From the NCBI GenBank assembly GCA_963666055.2, contig CAXWPH010000015.1, positions 1,472,001 through 1,536,000 of the forward strand: a stretch of DNA of 64,000 nucleotides, given 5' to 3'. The stretch comes from Acidobacteriota bacterium. Lineage in GTDB: Bacteria; Acidobacteriota; UBA890; WLXD01. Made by a program: the position numbers and the translations under genes. Shown here in pieces: positions 29,459 through 39,756 of this stretch. Positions within the stretch are counted from its first letter, which is position 1. Each line of letters begins with the position of its first letter. Below the pieces are notes generated by a model. It did not search any database, was not told the origin of the DNA, and saw nothing but the letters and a program-made list of their open reading frames with translations.

Positions 29459-29475
29459 CTTACCTCGACGGTAAT
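29459..29475. promoter_or_regulatory. Operator copy 3: CTTAC-CTCGACG-GTAAT
   Basis: Immediately after the regulator stop, about 100 nt upstream of the SnoaL-like gene. Confidence 0.65.
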
Positions 29476-29574
29476 TGTCTCGCTTCAGACGGCCGACGGA
29501 AGATCGTCTCGAGTTGGGGAACCGCCGCTCCTGCCCCCTTTGGAACCATCGTCAACCGTTGCGGAGAAGGAAAG

Positions 29575-30102
29575 ATGAGCTTGCCGGCGCCGAGACGCCA
29601 ACTGGTGGTCCTGGGCTTGGTAGCCTTGCTGATCACCATTGTTCCCCGCACCGCTCAGGGTCAGGGGCCCGTACTGCCCCGAGAATCGACACCCCATGTC
29701 GACGCCATGCTCGAGGAGCTCGAGCGCAGCTATGCCGCCATGGACTCAGTTGGATTCGTGGCGCTGTTCACCGATGACATCGTGCAGCACGACGTCAACC
29801 GGCGCGTGCTGATCGAGGGCATCGACGCCTGGCGGGAGCAGACGGAAACCATCAACGCGGCGCATCGCGCCATGACCCGGGTCCACCACGGGCGCGTGCT
29901 CAGCGGACAGTGGCTCATCGTCGAGATCGAATGGACCGGAACGGTAATCGGAGCGGCGGTCGGGGCAAAAGAGGACCGTGACTACAGCTATCAAGGGGTG
30001 GGGCTGCTGGAGCTCGCCGATGGCCGCATCCGGCGTCAGCTCATATACAGCGACTATGTAACCCTGGCCGAGCAGCTCGGGCTCGGTGGCCCGCCAAGGT
30101 GA
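29575..30102 (+). CDS. Exported SnoaL/NTF2-like protein
   Basis: Signal peptide; ALFTDD, EIEWTGT and LELADGRIRRQLIYSDY. Confidence 0.75.
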   Translation: MSLPAPRRQLVVLGLVALLITIVPRTAQGQGPVLPRESTPHVDAMLEELERSYAAMDSVGFVALFTDDIVQHDVNRRVLIEGIDAWREQTETINAAHRAMTRVHHGRVLSGQWLIVEIEWTGTVIGAAVGAKEDRDYSYQGVGLLELADGRIRRQLIYSDYVTLAEQLGLGGPPR

Positions 30103-30172
30103 TGAGAGGGGCCTGGTCGCGCGCTAGGCTGCTTCAGTTGCCTGCGCCCGCGACGGGCCGCGGGTGAGGATC

Positions 30173-30607
30173 TCACGCTAGCAACGGGTTGGTTACTTTC
30201 AGCTCCGGGAACCTGCCGAAGTCAAGGTCTGCGCTCCAGAGCTCGCTGACCCCGTGCTGCAAGCAGAGAGCGGCGACGCGCGCATCGTGCACTTTCGCGC
30301 CGGCAATGCCTCCCCGCTTCAGCAGCGGTCCCAAATGCTCGAGGTAGGTCGACCCTTCCGCCAACAATCGCAGGCTCGGCGATTCCATCCACGCCGCCAG
30401 CTGGTCAAGGGCGTCGTCCCCGGGCGTCGGCGGATCGTAAATCCGCGGGTGTGTCGTGATCGCCAGGAATTCATGCGCACACGGCCAGGGCTCCGCCCAG
30501 GGCCCAGCGCCCTCGGTCAGGGAGCGAAGCCGCGACGCCGCCACTGTGTGCCAACGCGAATCCGCCCGGTGCGCATAGATCAGGATATTGCTATCCACGG
30601 CGATCAA
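30173..30607 (-). CDS. vapC: VapC PIN toxin (mycobacterial type)
   Basis: IAVDSNILIYAH..HEFLAITTHP..HDARVAA..WSADLDFGRFP. Confidence 0.92.
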   Translation of the reverse strand: MIAVDSNILIYAHRADSRWHTVAASRLRSLTEGAGPWAEPWPCAHEFLAITTHPRIYDPPTPGDDALDQLAAWMESPSLRLLAEGSTYLEHLGPLLKRGGIAGAKVHDARVAALCLQHGVSELWSADLDFGRFPELKVTNPLLA

Positions 30608-30849
30608 GCGCCGCGGCCCTCGTATGCCAGCTCCATCAAGCGCTGCCAGTCGCCCTCGTCGAGCCCCGGCTGCAGGCCGCGGCCCGCGAAGCTCGCATCG
30701 CGCAACACGAATCGATTGGCTTCTTCGCGTCGAGCGAGGGTGGTGCGAAGGCCTTCGTCGATGAGCGCGCGGAGCGTAGTTCTCTCGTCGGCAGCTACTT
30801 TCTTGGCTCGTTTCAGGAGATCAGGAGCAATATTTACGGTTGTCTTCAT
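30604..30849 (-). CDS. vapB: VapB RHH antitoxin
   Basis: MKTTVNIAPDLLKRAK..TTLRALIDEGLR, with a 4-nt overlap with vapC. Confidence 0.88.
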   Translation of the reverse strand: MKTTVNIAPDLLKRAKKVAADERTTLRALIDEGLRTTLARREEANRFVLRDASFAGRGLQPGLDEGDWQRLMELAYEGRGA

Positions 30850-31039
30850 GCATATAGATATACTACATCAGCAGCATCGCTCGTAGCCTGTTTCAGCCTC
30901 CCAGTCACAATGAGACGGACCCGGGTCGCGATGAAGTCGGCCGGAGTCGCCATCGGACCTGCGGGGCGCTATCCTGTGATCGCCCATCTGACCGGTCGCG
31001 ATCGCGGCCCCCAACCCGTGTATCTCACGAGGTTCGTCG

Positions 31040-33448
31040 ATGGGCTCGCCCGCCGCTCTCTACGTTATTCCGCTGGATCAGCTGGACCGCACGGATGTCG
31101 CCCGAGTGGGTGGCAAGAGCGCCTCGCTCGGCGAGATGGTGGGCGTGCTGTCAGGGTCGACCGTTGGCGTTCCACCGGGGTTCGCGGTGACCACAGCGGC
31201 GTTCACGCGCATCCTCAACGCGGCGCCCGGCGTCCGCCGGCAGATCGTGAGCGAGCTAGGGGCGATCGACTACGACAACTTCGAGAGCCTGTTCCGCGGC
31301 GCCAGCCACTGTCGCGACCTGGTAAGCAACCTCGACATCCCGAACGACGTGGTCGAGGCGGTCACCGCTTCGTACGCCGCACTCGAAGAAACCGCCGACA
31401 TGAAGAACGTCGATGTGGCGGTGCGCTCGAGCGCGGTGTCGGAAGACTCAGCCGAAGCCTCGTTCGCCGGTCAGTACGAGTCGTTCCTGGGTGTGCGCGG
31501 GCGCAGCAATGTGCTCAGCGCCTGTCGTGACTGTTTCACCTCGTTCTTTACCAGCCGCGGCGTCGACTACAGGCACCGATGTGGCTTGCCCGACGACACC
31601 TTTGATTTCGCGGTGACGGTGCAACGCATGGCGCGCAGCGACCAGGCGTGCTCCGGGGTGATGTTCACCATGGATCCGGACAGCGGCGCCCGCGACTTCC
31701 TCCTGCTGAACGCTAGCTGGGGGCTCGGCGAGCCCATCGTCCAGGGTCAGGTCAGCCCGGACGAGGTCTTGATCTTCAAGCCCACGCTGCTCAAGGGTCC
31801 GCCGCTGGACCCGGTGATCTCGCAGGAGCGCGGCGCCAAGGAGGTGAAGATGGTCTACGCCTGGGGCGGTACCGCCACCACGGAGATCATCGAGACCACG
31901 TCCGACGAGCGCGGCGTGTTCAGCGTCGAGCGATCTGACGTGCTCGAGCTCGCCACGGCCGCTTGCCGACTCGAGGAGGCCTATGGCGTCCCGCTCGACA
32001 TCGAGTGGGCCAAGGACGGCGTGGTTGACCGCCTGTTTCTGGTGCAGGCGCGCCCCATGACCGTGCACCGGGAGGAAGTGCAGACGACTCTCGAGCGCTA
32101 CCTGATCGGCGACAACGGACCTCCGCTGGTCATCGGTCAGGCGGTGGGCAACAAGGTGGCGGCAGGGGTGACGCGGGTGATCCACGATATTCATGGGATC
32201 GACGCCTTCCACGAGGGCGAGGTGCTGGTGACCGAGCGCACCGATCCGGATTGGGAACCGGTGATGAAGCTGGCCGCGGCGATCGTCACCGATACCGGTG
32301 GACGCACCTCGCACGCGGCGATCGTGGCGCGCGAGATCGGCGTGCCATGCGTGGTCGGCACCGCCGATGCCACCACCGTGCTGGCCGAGCACGAAGAGAT
32401 CACGGTGAGTTGCATCGAAGAGCAGGGTTTCGTTTATTCGGGGATTCGGAGCTTCGAGCGTGAGGTGATCGATCTCGCCGGGATCCCGGAGACCCGCACC
32501 GATGTGATGGTGATCGTTGGCAACCCAGCGCGCGCCATCCAGCAGGCACGGCTTCCGACCCGAGGCGTAGGACTGGCGCGACTGGAGTTCATCATCGCCA
32601 GCCAGATCGGCATCCATCCGCGAGCGCTGCTGGAGCCCGAGCAGCTCAGCGACGAGGAGCGCGCGGCGATCGGCGAGCGCACCAGGGCGTACGGGTCGGG
32701 TCGCGAGTACTTCATCGATCGGCTCACCGACGGTGTGGCGATGATCGCTGCTGCCTTCTACCCCCACGAGGTCATCGTGCGGCTGTCGGATTTCAAGTCC
32801 AACGAGTACCGAGGTCTGCTCGGGGGCCACCACTTCGAGCCGCAAGAGGACAACCCGATGCTCGGATGGCGGGGTGCCTGCCGCTACACCAGCCCCGAAT
32901 ATCGCGAGGCGTTTCGCCTGGAGTGTGAGGCGATCAAGCGCGCCCGCGAACAGATGGGCCTGGCCAACATCAAGGTGATGGTGCCCTTCGCCCGCACCGT
33001 GCCCGAGCTCGAGGCGACGATCGAGGTGCTGGCCGAATTCGGCCTCCGTCGCGGTGACTCCGGTCTCGAGGTCTACATGATGGTCGAGGTGCCCTCCAAC
33101 GTGATCCTGTTGCGCGACTTCGCCCAACACGTCGACGGGCTGAGCATCGGCAGCAACGACCTGACGCAGCTGGCACTCGGGCTGGATCGCGACGCCGGTG
33201 GCTACATGGCCCAGATCGGCGACGAGCGCGATCCGGCGGTTCAGGCGATGCTGCGCATGGCACTTCGCACGGTGCGCGAGCTGCGCGAGGAAGGCCAGCA
33301 GATCCGCATCGGTATCTGTGGGCAGGCACCGTCGGACTTTCCCGAGATCACCCGTCTCTTGGTCGAGGAGGGCATCGACAGCATCTCGGTGACCCCCGAC
33401 GCTCTGGTGTCGACGATCCTTACTGTCGCCGAGGTCGAGGGTCGTTGA
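31040..33448 (+). CDS. ppsA: Phosphoenolpyruvate synthase
   Basis: VGGKSASLGEM, AVRSSA..ED, GGRTSHAAIVARE, SIGSNDLTQ and GICGQAPS. Confidence 0.95.
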   Translation: MGSPAALYVIPLDQLDRTDVARVGGKSASLGEMVGVLSGSTVGVPPGFAVTTAAFTRILNAAPGVRRQIVSELGAIDYDNFESLFRGASHCRDLVSNLDIPNDVVEAVTASYAALEETADMKNVDVAVRSSAVSEDSAEASFAGQYESFLGVRGRSNVLSACRDCFTSFFTSRGVDYRHRCGLPDDTFDFAVTVQRMARSDQACSGVMFTMDPDSGARDFLLLNASWGLGEPIVQGQVSPDEVLIFKPTLLKGPPLDPVISQERGAKEVKMVYAWGGTATTEIIETTSDERGVFSVERSDVLELATAACRLEEAYGVPLDIEWAKDGVVDRLFLVQARPMTVHREEVQTTLERYLIGDNGPPLVIGQAVGNKVAAGVTRVIHDIHGIDAFHEGEVLVTERTDPDWEPVMKLAAAIVTDTGGRTSHAAIVAREIGVPCVVGTADATTVLAEHEEITVSCIEEQGFVYSGIRSFEREVIDLAGIPETRTDVMVIVGNPARAIQQARLPTRGVGLARLEFIIASQIGIHPRALLEPEQLSDEERAAIGERTRAYGSGREYFIDRLTDGVAMIAAAFYPHEVIVRLSDFKSNEYRGLLGGHHFEPQEDNPMLGWRGACRYTSPEYREAFRLECEAIKRAREQMGLANIKVMVPFARTVPELEATIEVLAEFGLRRGDSGLEVYMMVEVPSNVILLRDFAQHVDGLSIGSNDLTQLALGLDRDAGGYMAQIGDERDPAVQAMLRMALRTVRELREEGQQIRIGICGQAPSDFPEITRLLVEEGIDSISVTPDALVSTILTVAEVEGR

Positions 33449-33512
33449 CCATTGTTTGGTAGGTAGCGCCGCCAGCCTCGCCCGCCGGGTCTCGGAATCA
33501 GTCGAGAAACAC

Positions 33513-36500
33513 ATGCCGCTGAAGCTCATTCGCGCCACCGACACCCGCACCCTGTGGGACACCTGCGCCGATCGCTTTCTCGACGAGGTGGGCGATAACC
33601 CCGGCCCCTCGGGCTTCGCGGCGCATCTTTGGTTGACGCACCGCAACCAGCGGGACCTGCTGCTGGAGCGCGCCGCGGCACGTGGCGTAAAGGGGTGGCT
33701 GGGGCCGCCGATCACCGACTTCCGTGATCTGCATCGGCGCTTCGATATCCGCGGCAAGGCCGTCGGGCTGCTGACGCGGCGACGCTTGATCAGCCGTGTG
33801 GCCATGCGGGTCGGCCGGCAAGTGGGGCTGACCGACCCGAGCCACACCGACGGGGTGGCTCGCGGCCACATGCTCGATGCGCTGTTCGGTGAGTTGCTGC
33901 CAGAGGGCGTCGATGCGGCGCGGTTGAAGGGCGCTTTGGCGAGCGTCGGTGACGACGCCTTCGCGCGGCGGCGCAACGAGTGGATCGTCGGCGCCTATTC
34001 CACCTACCTGGCAGAGCTGCGCCAGCGTGAGTTGTTCGACATGCGCTCCAGTTGGGCGGCGATCGCTGCTCGTGTCGACGAGGGCGCCCTGGTGGAGGCG
34101 CTGGGCGGCGCGACACGTCTCTATCTGTACGGGCTCTACATGACCCGATCGCGACGGCGCCTTCTAACCTCGCTGGCGGCACAAGGTGATGTGGATGTTC
34201 AGCTCTTCGTGCTCGCTGAGCCGGAGACCGAGGAGCTGTGCGAGCTGAGCGACGAGGTCGAGGACATCACCGGCGGCGCGGTACCCCCTGCTGGTGTCCA
34301 ACCGGCTCCCGACACGCAGCGCGAGCTCGCCTGGATCGCCCGCGAAGTGAAGAGCTTGCTGGTGCGCGGCGACGTTTGCCCGCACCAGATCGCGGTCATC
34401 GCGCGCAGCGGACACGAGGACACCGGCCGCGCCTACCACGCGCTACGAAGCGCCGGTGTCCCGTGCACGGCGGTGATCCGGTCGCGGCTGACCGAGATCG
34501 GGGCGCTCAAGGCACTGCTGTTGGTGTTCCGGGGCGCCGCCTCAGGATGGAGCTATCGTGCCCTGCGCGCCGTTCTCGACAACGCCTACTTCGAGACCGA
34601 TATCGACCTCCGCCCGATCGACCACATCGCCACGCAGCGCCGCGTCGTCGGCCTCGATGCCTGGCAGCGGCGGCTGAGTGAACTCGCCGAGAAGGTTCAG
34701 CCCGAGCGATCCACCCGGGGTAAAGGGTTGGCTCGAGAACGCTTGCGAAAGGACGTGGAGCGCTTCGCGGCGTTGCGCGCTGTGCTCGACCCGCTCAGTG
34801 CACCGCGCGCTGAGGGGGCATGGATCGAGCTGACGCTGACCTTGTTGCGCCACGGTCTGTTCGAGCTGCGGCGCCGCGTATGCGAGCCGGTGGCTGGACG
34901 CTGGGATGTGGTTCGCCTGGACCAGCGGGGCCTGGTGCAGACCGAGAGCCTGCTGTGCGAATGGGCGACGCTCGATCACTCTGATGCTCCGCTCGGCGTC
35001 GACCAATGGTACGCGCTACTGCAACGACTGCTGGAGGCGAACGAGCTGAGCATCACCACCCCGATGCACAAGGGCGTGCAGGTGCTCGAGGCGCACGATG
35101 CGGCGCTCACGCCGTTCCGCCAGGTGTTCGTGATGCACGCCAACGACGGCACCTTTCCACAGCGCGCCTCTGCTGGCGGCGTGCTGTCGAACGAGGAACG
35201 TATGCAATTGCGCCAGCAGGGGCTGCCGCTGGCGCATCGCGAGCTTGCGTTGCGGCGCGAGCGTGCGCTATGGCGCGCCGTCACCGGAGCAGGAGACGTG
35301 CGGATCACCTATCGAAGCGCCGACCCGACGGGCACGCCGTTGATGCCGTCGCTGATGGTGCCGCCGCACGATCCCGGGTCTGAGCTGCCGCGTACACGCG
35401 ACCCCTGGGACGACCCGGTTACCGCGGCTCAAGCGAATCGCCTGGCGGCGCACCGCTTGTTCGACGCGCGCACCGAGGATTCGATCGCGCCGGCCTCGCA
35501 GGATCTCGTCCGCCATGCGGTCCTCGTTGCGGTGGCGGAGTCGCACCGCGACACCGGCCACGAGTCGTTGCATTCAGCGCACCCGGCGTATCGACCCAAC
35601 CCGTGGAATGGCGAGTTGCGCGATCCGCGTGTGCTCGCCTGGCTGGCGTCCCGTTTCAACGAGGAAACCATGTGGTCAGCCAGCGCGCTGGAAACCTACA
35701 CGAAGAACCCATTCGTGTTTCTCGTCAAGAGGATCCTTCGCCTCGACGAGGTCGTAGAGGCCGAGGAGGAGACCACGCCGCTGGTGTTCGGCGCCGTCGC
35801 ACACGATCTGCTCGAACGCTTCTACAGCCTGTTGAAGGACGATGTGCCGCTCGGTTTCGACCGTCGCGCCGCAGCTGCGTTCACCGAAGCGGCTGCTGAG
35901 GTCATCGTCGATCGCGAGATCAGCGATGAGTGGACCGGCGCGCCGCTTCTCTGGCGCCAGGAGTGCGATGCGATCCTTGTCCGCGTACGCGACTATCTCG
36001 CCTGGGAGCTCGGCCATCTGGCAGAGAAAGGCGAGCGGCCGTTCCTCATCGAGTACAAATTCGGTGACCACGGCGGGGTGCTCATAGAGGGTGTGGACGT
36101 GGAGGACCGGCCTGCCTGTCTGCGGCTGCGCGGGCGCATCGATCGTGTCGACCTGACCGGGGCCGGCCCGCCCGGCCCGGATGGCTCCGCCACGTCGAAC
36201 GTGCTGGACTACAAGAGCGGCAAGACTCCCAGCGCCAACGACTATGTCGACGGCACCGCGCTGCAGGCGCCCCTCTACATGCAGGTGCTCGAGAACGCCG
36301 GTCATCACGTCGGCATCGGGTTCTACCGGTCGCTCAAGAAGGGCGGCGGCAAGTACACGCAGTACGCTGGCAAGATCCGGCGCCACGAAGCCAAGTACGA
36401 CGCGGCGCTGCAGTTCGCGCTCAGCGTCCCGGGCCGTATCCGGGCCGGAATGTTCGAGCCGGTGCGTTCGTTGCGGGCAGGCCGTTGGCCAGCGTACGAG

Positions 36501-36563
36501 CCCGATCGCGGCATCGCGCGAAGCGCGGCGCAGCTTCCCGCGGGGAGCCGCTTCGATGCCTGA
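33513..36563 (+). CDS. addB: AddB-like subunit (inactive helicase plus PD-(D/E)XK nuclease)
   Basis: WSASALETY, LRGRIDRVD, LDYKSG and LQAPLY; overlaps the downstream UvrD-type helicase. Confidence 0.8.
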   Translation: MPLKLIRATDTRTLWDTCADRFLDEVGDNPGPSGFAAHLWLTHRNQRDLLLERAAARGVKGWLGPPITDFRDLHRRFDIRGKAVGLLTRRRLISRVAMRVGRQVGLTDPSHTDGVARGHMLDALFGELLPEGVDAARLKGALASVGDDAFARRRNEWIVGAYSTYLAELRQRELFDMRSSWAAIAARVDEGALVEALGGATRLYLYGLYMTRSRRRLLTSLAAQGDVDVQLFVLAEPETEELCELSDEVEDITGGAVPPAGVQPAPDTQRELAWIAREVKSLLVRGDVCPHQIAVIARSGHEDTGRAYHALRSAGVPCTAVIRSRLTEIGALKALLLVFRGAASGWSYRALRAVLDNAYFETDIDLRPIDHIATQRRVVGLDAWQRRLSELAEKVQPERSTRGKGLARERLRKDVERFAALRAVLDPLSAPRAEGAWIELTLTLLRHGLFELRRRVCEPVAGRWDVVRLDQRGLVQTESLLCEWATLDHSDAPLGVDQWYALLQRLLEANELSITTPMHKGVQVLEAHDAALTPFRQVFVMHANDGTFPQRASAGGVLSNEERMQLRQQGLPLAHRELALRRERALWRAVTGAGDVRITYRSADPTGTPLMPSLMVPPHDPGSELPRTRDPWDDPVTAAQANRLAAHRLFDARTEDSIAPASQDLVRHAVLVAVAESHRDTGHESLHSAHPAYRPNPWNGELRDPRVLAWLASRFNEETMWSASALETYTKNPFVFLVKRILRLDEVVEAEEETTPLVFGAVAHDLLERFYSLLKDDVPLGFDRRAAAAFTEAAAEVIVDREISDEWTGAPLLWRQECDAILVRVRDYLAWELGHLAEKGERPFLIEYKFGDHGGVLIEGVDVEDRPACLRLRGRIDRVDLTGAGPPGPDGSATSNVLDYKSGKTPSANDYVDGTALQAPLYMQVLENAGHHVGIGFYRSLKKGGGKYTQYAGKIRRHEAKYDAALQFALSVPGRIRAGMFEPVRSLRAGRWPAYEPDRGIARSAAQLPAGSRFDA

Positions 36564-39500
36564 GCTGCGATGGACTCACCAGCAAGCGCGCGCCATCACC
36601 GCCGTCGGAAGCACGCTATTGGAAGCCAACGCCGGCACCGGCAAGACCGCCACCGTGATCGGCAAGATCCAATGGCTGCTGGGGCTCGCCCTGCCGCCGG
36701 ATCGGGACGGCAACTTGCTGCCGCCCTGCGCTCAGCCCTGCGACTTACATGAGATTGCCGCCATCACCTTCACCGAGAAGGCAGCCTACGATCTCAAGCG
36801 CAAGCTGCGCGACGTCATCGAGGAGTCGGAGCGTGCCGACGAGCTACGCTGGCAGATCGACCGCGCTTCCATCGGTACCATCCACTCGTTTTGCGCCGAG
36901 CTGTTGCGCGACCATGCGCTGCGCTTCGGCATCGATCCGACCTTCGGTGTGCTGGATTCGCGCCAGTCGTGGGCCGCCCAGGACGACATCATCCGCGGAG
37001 TGATCTACGAGGCGTTAGAGGGCGAGGATCCCGGAACCGGTGATCTGTTGCGCATCCACAAGCTGAGCGGCTGGCAGCACACCAACGGCGCCATCGACCA
37101 CGTGCGCAAGCTGATGAGCGACCTTCGCTGGTATGGCGACCGTTACACGGCGTGGAAACGTGATGGTCGGCTCGATCGTCAAGCGCTGGGCGCCCTCGCA
37201 GGCGTCTGGGACGACGACACCGACGAGGCGGCGCTTGCCCACTGCGATTCCCTGCTGCGCTTGGCGACCAGCGCCCTGACACGCTGGCAGGCACACCTGG
37301 CGAGCGAGAACGTCCGCGACTTCGATTCCCTCATTCTCGATGCTCGCACGCTGCTCACCGGTGACGATGGCGGGGCGGCGCTCGAGAGCATCCGGCGCCG
37401 ATACCGGATCCTCGTGATCGATGAGTTCCAGGACACCGACTTCGCCCAACGCGACATCGCCTTCGCCATTGCCGGGCTGGACCGCGGGCGTGCTTTGCCG
37501 CGCCCGCAGCTGTTTCTGGTGGGCGACCCGAAACAGAGCATTTACCGGTTTCGCGGTGCTGATATCTCGGTGTGGAACCGGGTGCAACAGGCGGTTCGTA
37601 GCGATGGAGAGGTGATGCAACTGTCGGAGAATTTCCGCTGTGCACCGCCGATCATCGACCTGGTGAACGACGTGTCGGCCGCCGCCATGGCCGACGTCGG
37701 CACTGCTCTCGAGGTTGAGAGTCCGGCGAGCATGATCGCCTACAGCGAGTTGGTCGCGGCTCGCCCGGAGACGCCCACGGCTCGGCTCGAGTGGTTGGTG
37801 GCGGAGAAGACCGGTGGCCGCGGCAAGAACGATCCGCAAGCCGAGGCGGCGCAGGTGGCCGCCCGCATCGAGGAGATGGTTGGGGTCGAAACCGTGTTGG
37901 GAGAGGGCTCGGAGGTGGAGCGTTCCATTGCCTATCGCGACATTGCTGTGCTCTATCGCAGCCGCGCGCCGCTGCGCTACTTCGAGACGGCGCTGGGGCG
38001 CAGGGGGATTCCCTACACCATCGCCGGGGCGCCGCATCTCGGCGACCGGCAGGAGATTCTCGACCTGCTGAACGCGCTGCGCTTGATTCGCAACCCGCAC
38101 GATGATCTGCGGGCGTTCGGCTTCTTGCGCTCACCGTTCGTATGCCTGCGCGATGAGGTCATTGCTCATATTCGGCTCGAGGCGCGTGGGCCCGATCTGC
38201 TCCGCCAGTGTGAGCGGTACCTGCGCCAGGAGGAGTGGTACGAAGCCCCTGAGCACGGCCACATCAGCAGCATCGAGCGCCTGGCGCTGGAGCGTGGTCT
38301 GCAGGCGCTGCGCCAGGCCCGTGCGCTGGTGCACCGCGCGCCGCTGGACGAGGTGCTGTCGCGCTTGCTCGACGACACCGGCTACCGTCTGCACCTGCAC
38401 ATGCGCCAGCGTCGCGAGGAGCAGCTGGCCAACATCCAGAGCTTCATCCAGTTCACCGAGGCGTACCGAGATCTCGACATCGGGACGTTCCTCGAGGTGT
38501 GGGACCGCTGGGACGAGCAGGACAACGGGCTGCCGCAGGCGCCGCTCTACAGCAACGAGGATGACGTCGTGACGCTGACCACCATCCACCGCGCCAAGGG
38601 GCTTGAATGGCCGGTGGTCTTCCTGGTGGGCATCGGCAGGAAGCTGGGCCACGATCCTTGGGGAAGGTTCTGGAGCGATCGGGAGCTCGGCCCGCTGCTC
38701 AACCCGCCCAAGTCCGATCGCGGTGCCCGCGCGCAGCGACTACACGATCGCGAGCGACTCGAGGATCGGGCCGAGGAGGCGCGACTGCTCTACGTGGCCA
38801 TCACCCGCGCGCGCGATCGGCTGTTGGTGGTTGGGGCCCACCAGGACAACAGCTATGCCGCCTGGCTGCGGCAGGGAATCGACCGCAACCCGGTGTTCGT
38901 CCGCGAGGAGCCTGCCTCCGAGCCGCCGCTCGACAGAGCGTCGTTGGTCGGCCTCGGTTGGCTCGACGGCATGCGCGTGGAAGAGCCCGGTCGTCTGGTA
39001 GCGCCGATCGCGGAGCCTCCGCCTCGCTTCGTGCACTCGGCCACCGAGCTCATGATGCGCGAACGGGACGAAGACGAGTGGCAGCGTCGTTATCGACATG
39101 GTGTGCAGGCTCCGAGCGAGTTCGTGGTGCAGCCACCTGAGGGGGAGCCGTCGCTGCAGCCAACTGTGCGCGGCACCTTGATCCACGGGGTGCTCGAACG
39201 CATCCAGCAGGAAGACGAGCTGGCGGCCATTCTCGAAGAAACCATCGGCGGCCTCGACGATCCCGAGCTCGAACGGTTGATGAGCTCGCACTCGCGTTAC
39301 CGGGCGGCGCTCGAAGCCGAGATCCGCAAGATCGTGCGTTCCGACGCCTGGAAGTGGTACGTCGAGGGCGAGAACTATCGGGAGCTGAGCTTCTTGTACC
39401 TACTCGCGGCACGCGACTGGCGAGTCGGCGCCTTCGATCTGTATCGCCCCGGCGACCCCGACGCCTGGGTGGTCGACTTCAAGACCCACGAGATCGGTGC

Positions 39501-39723
39501 CGATGAGGTGGCTGCGGTCGCCGCCGGTTATCAGATTCAGGCGCAGGTCTATCGACAGGCGGCGCAGGTTGCCGGGCCGGTGAGGGTTCGGCTGCACTTC
39601 ACCGGGCCCGGCAATCTCATCGACGATCTCGGCATCGAGTTATCCGGCGACGAGTCATGTGACGCCGAGTCACCCGACGTCGAGTCCACCGGCGACGGGA
39701 AGGAGCAGGGGACGCTGTTCTGA
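36556..39723 (+). CDS. addA: AddA-like SF1 helicase-nuclease
   Basis: ANAGTGKT, DEFQDT, VGDPKQSIYRFRGAD, TIHRAKGLEW, LYVAITRAR and C-terminal VDFKT. Confidence 0.88.
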   Translation: MPELRWTHQQARAITAVGSTLLEANAGTGKTATVIGKIQWLLGLALPPDRDGNLLPPCAQPCDLHEIAAITFTEKAAYDLKRKLRDVIEESERADELRWQIDRASIGTIHSFCAELLRDHALRFGIDPTFGVLDSRQSWAAQDDIIRGVIYEALEGEDPGTGDLLRIHKLSGWQHTNGAIDHVRKLMSDLRWYGDRYTAWKRDGRLDRQALGALAGVWDDDTDEAALAHCDSLLRLATSALTRWQAHLASENVRDFDSLILDARTLLTGDDGGAALESIRRRYRILVIDEFQDTDFAQRDIAFAIAGLDRGRALPRPQLFLVGDPKQSIYRFRGADISVWNRVQQAVRSDGEVMQLSENFRCAPPIIDLVNDVSAAAMADVGTALEVESPASMIAYSELVAARPETPTARLEWLVAEKTGGRGKNDPQAEAAQVAARIEEMVGVETVLGEGSEVERSIAYRDIAVLYRSRAPLRYFETALGRRGIPYTIAGAPHLGDRQEILDLLNALRLIRNPHDDLRAFGFLRSPFVCLRDEVIAHIRLEARGPDLLRQCERYLRQEEWYEAPEHGHISSIERLALERGLQALRQARALVHRAPLDEVLSRLLDDTGYRLHLHMRQRREEQLANIQSFIQFTEAYRDLDIGTFLEVWDRWDEQDNGLPQAPLYSNEDDVVTLTTIHRAKGLEWPVVFLVGIGRKLGHDPWGRFWSDRELGPLLNPPKSDRGARAQRLHDRERLEDRAEEARLLYVAITRARDRLLVVGAHQDNSYAAWLRQGIDRNPVFVREEPASEPPLDRASLVGLGWLDGMRVEEPGRLVAPIAEPPPRFVHSATELMMRERDEDEWQRRYRHGVQAPSEFVVQPPEGEPSLQPTVRGTLIHGVLERIQQEDELAAILEETIGGLDDPELERLMSSHSRYRAALEAEIRKIVRSDAWKWYVEGENYRELSFLYLLAARDWRVGAFDLYRPGDPDAWVVDFKTHEIGADEVAAVAAGYQIQAQVYRQAAQVAGPVRVRLHFTGPGNLIDDLGIELSGDESCDAESPDVESTGDGKEQGTLF

Positions 39724-39756
39724 CGCTCGCCACCGGTTCGCCGCGCCTAGCCGTGT

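Noticed and set aside
31448-33976. Long antisense ORFs (842 aa here; also 8270-9823, 13268-14701, 23087-24481)
   Set aside because: Shadow frames opposite well-supported genes in high-GC DNA, with no family motifs.
33513-39723. Novel anti-phage helicase-nuclease system
   Set aside because: Order, sizes and motifs match housekeeping addB-addA.
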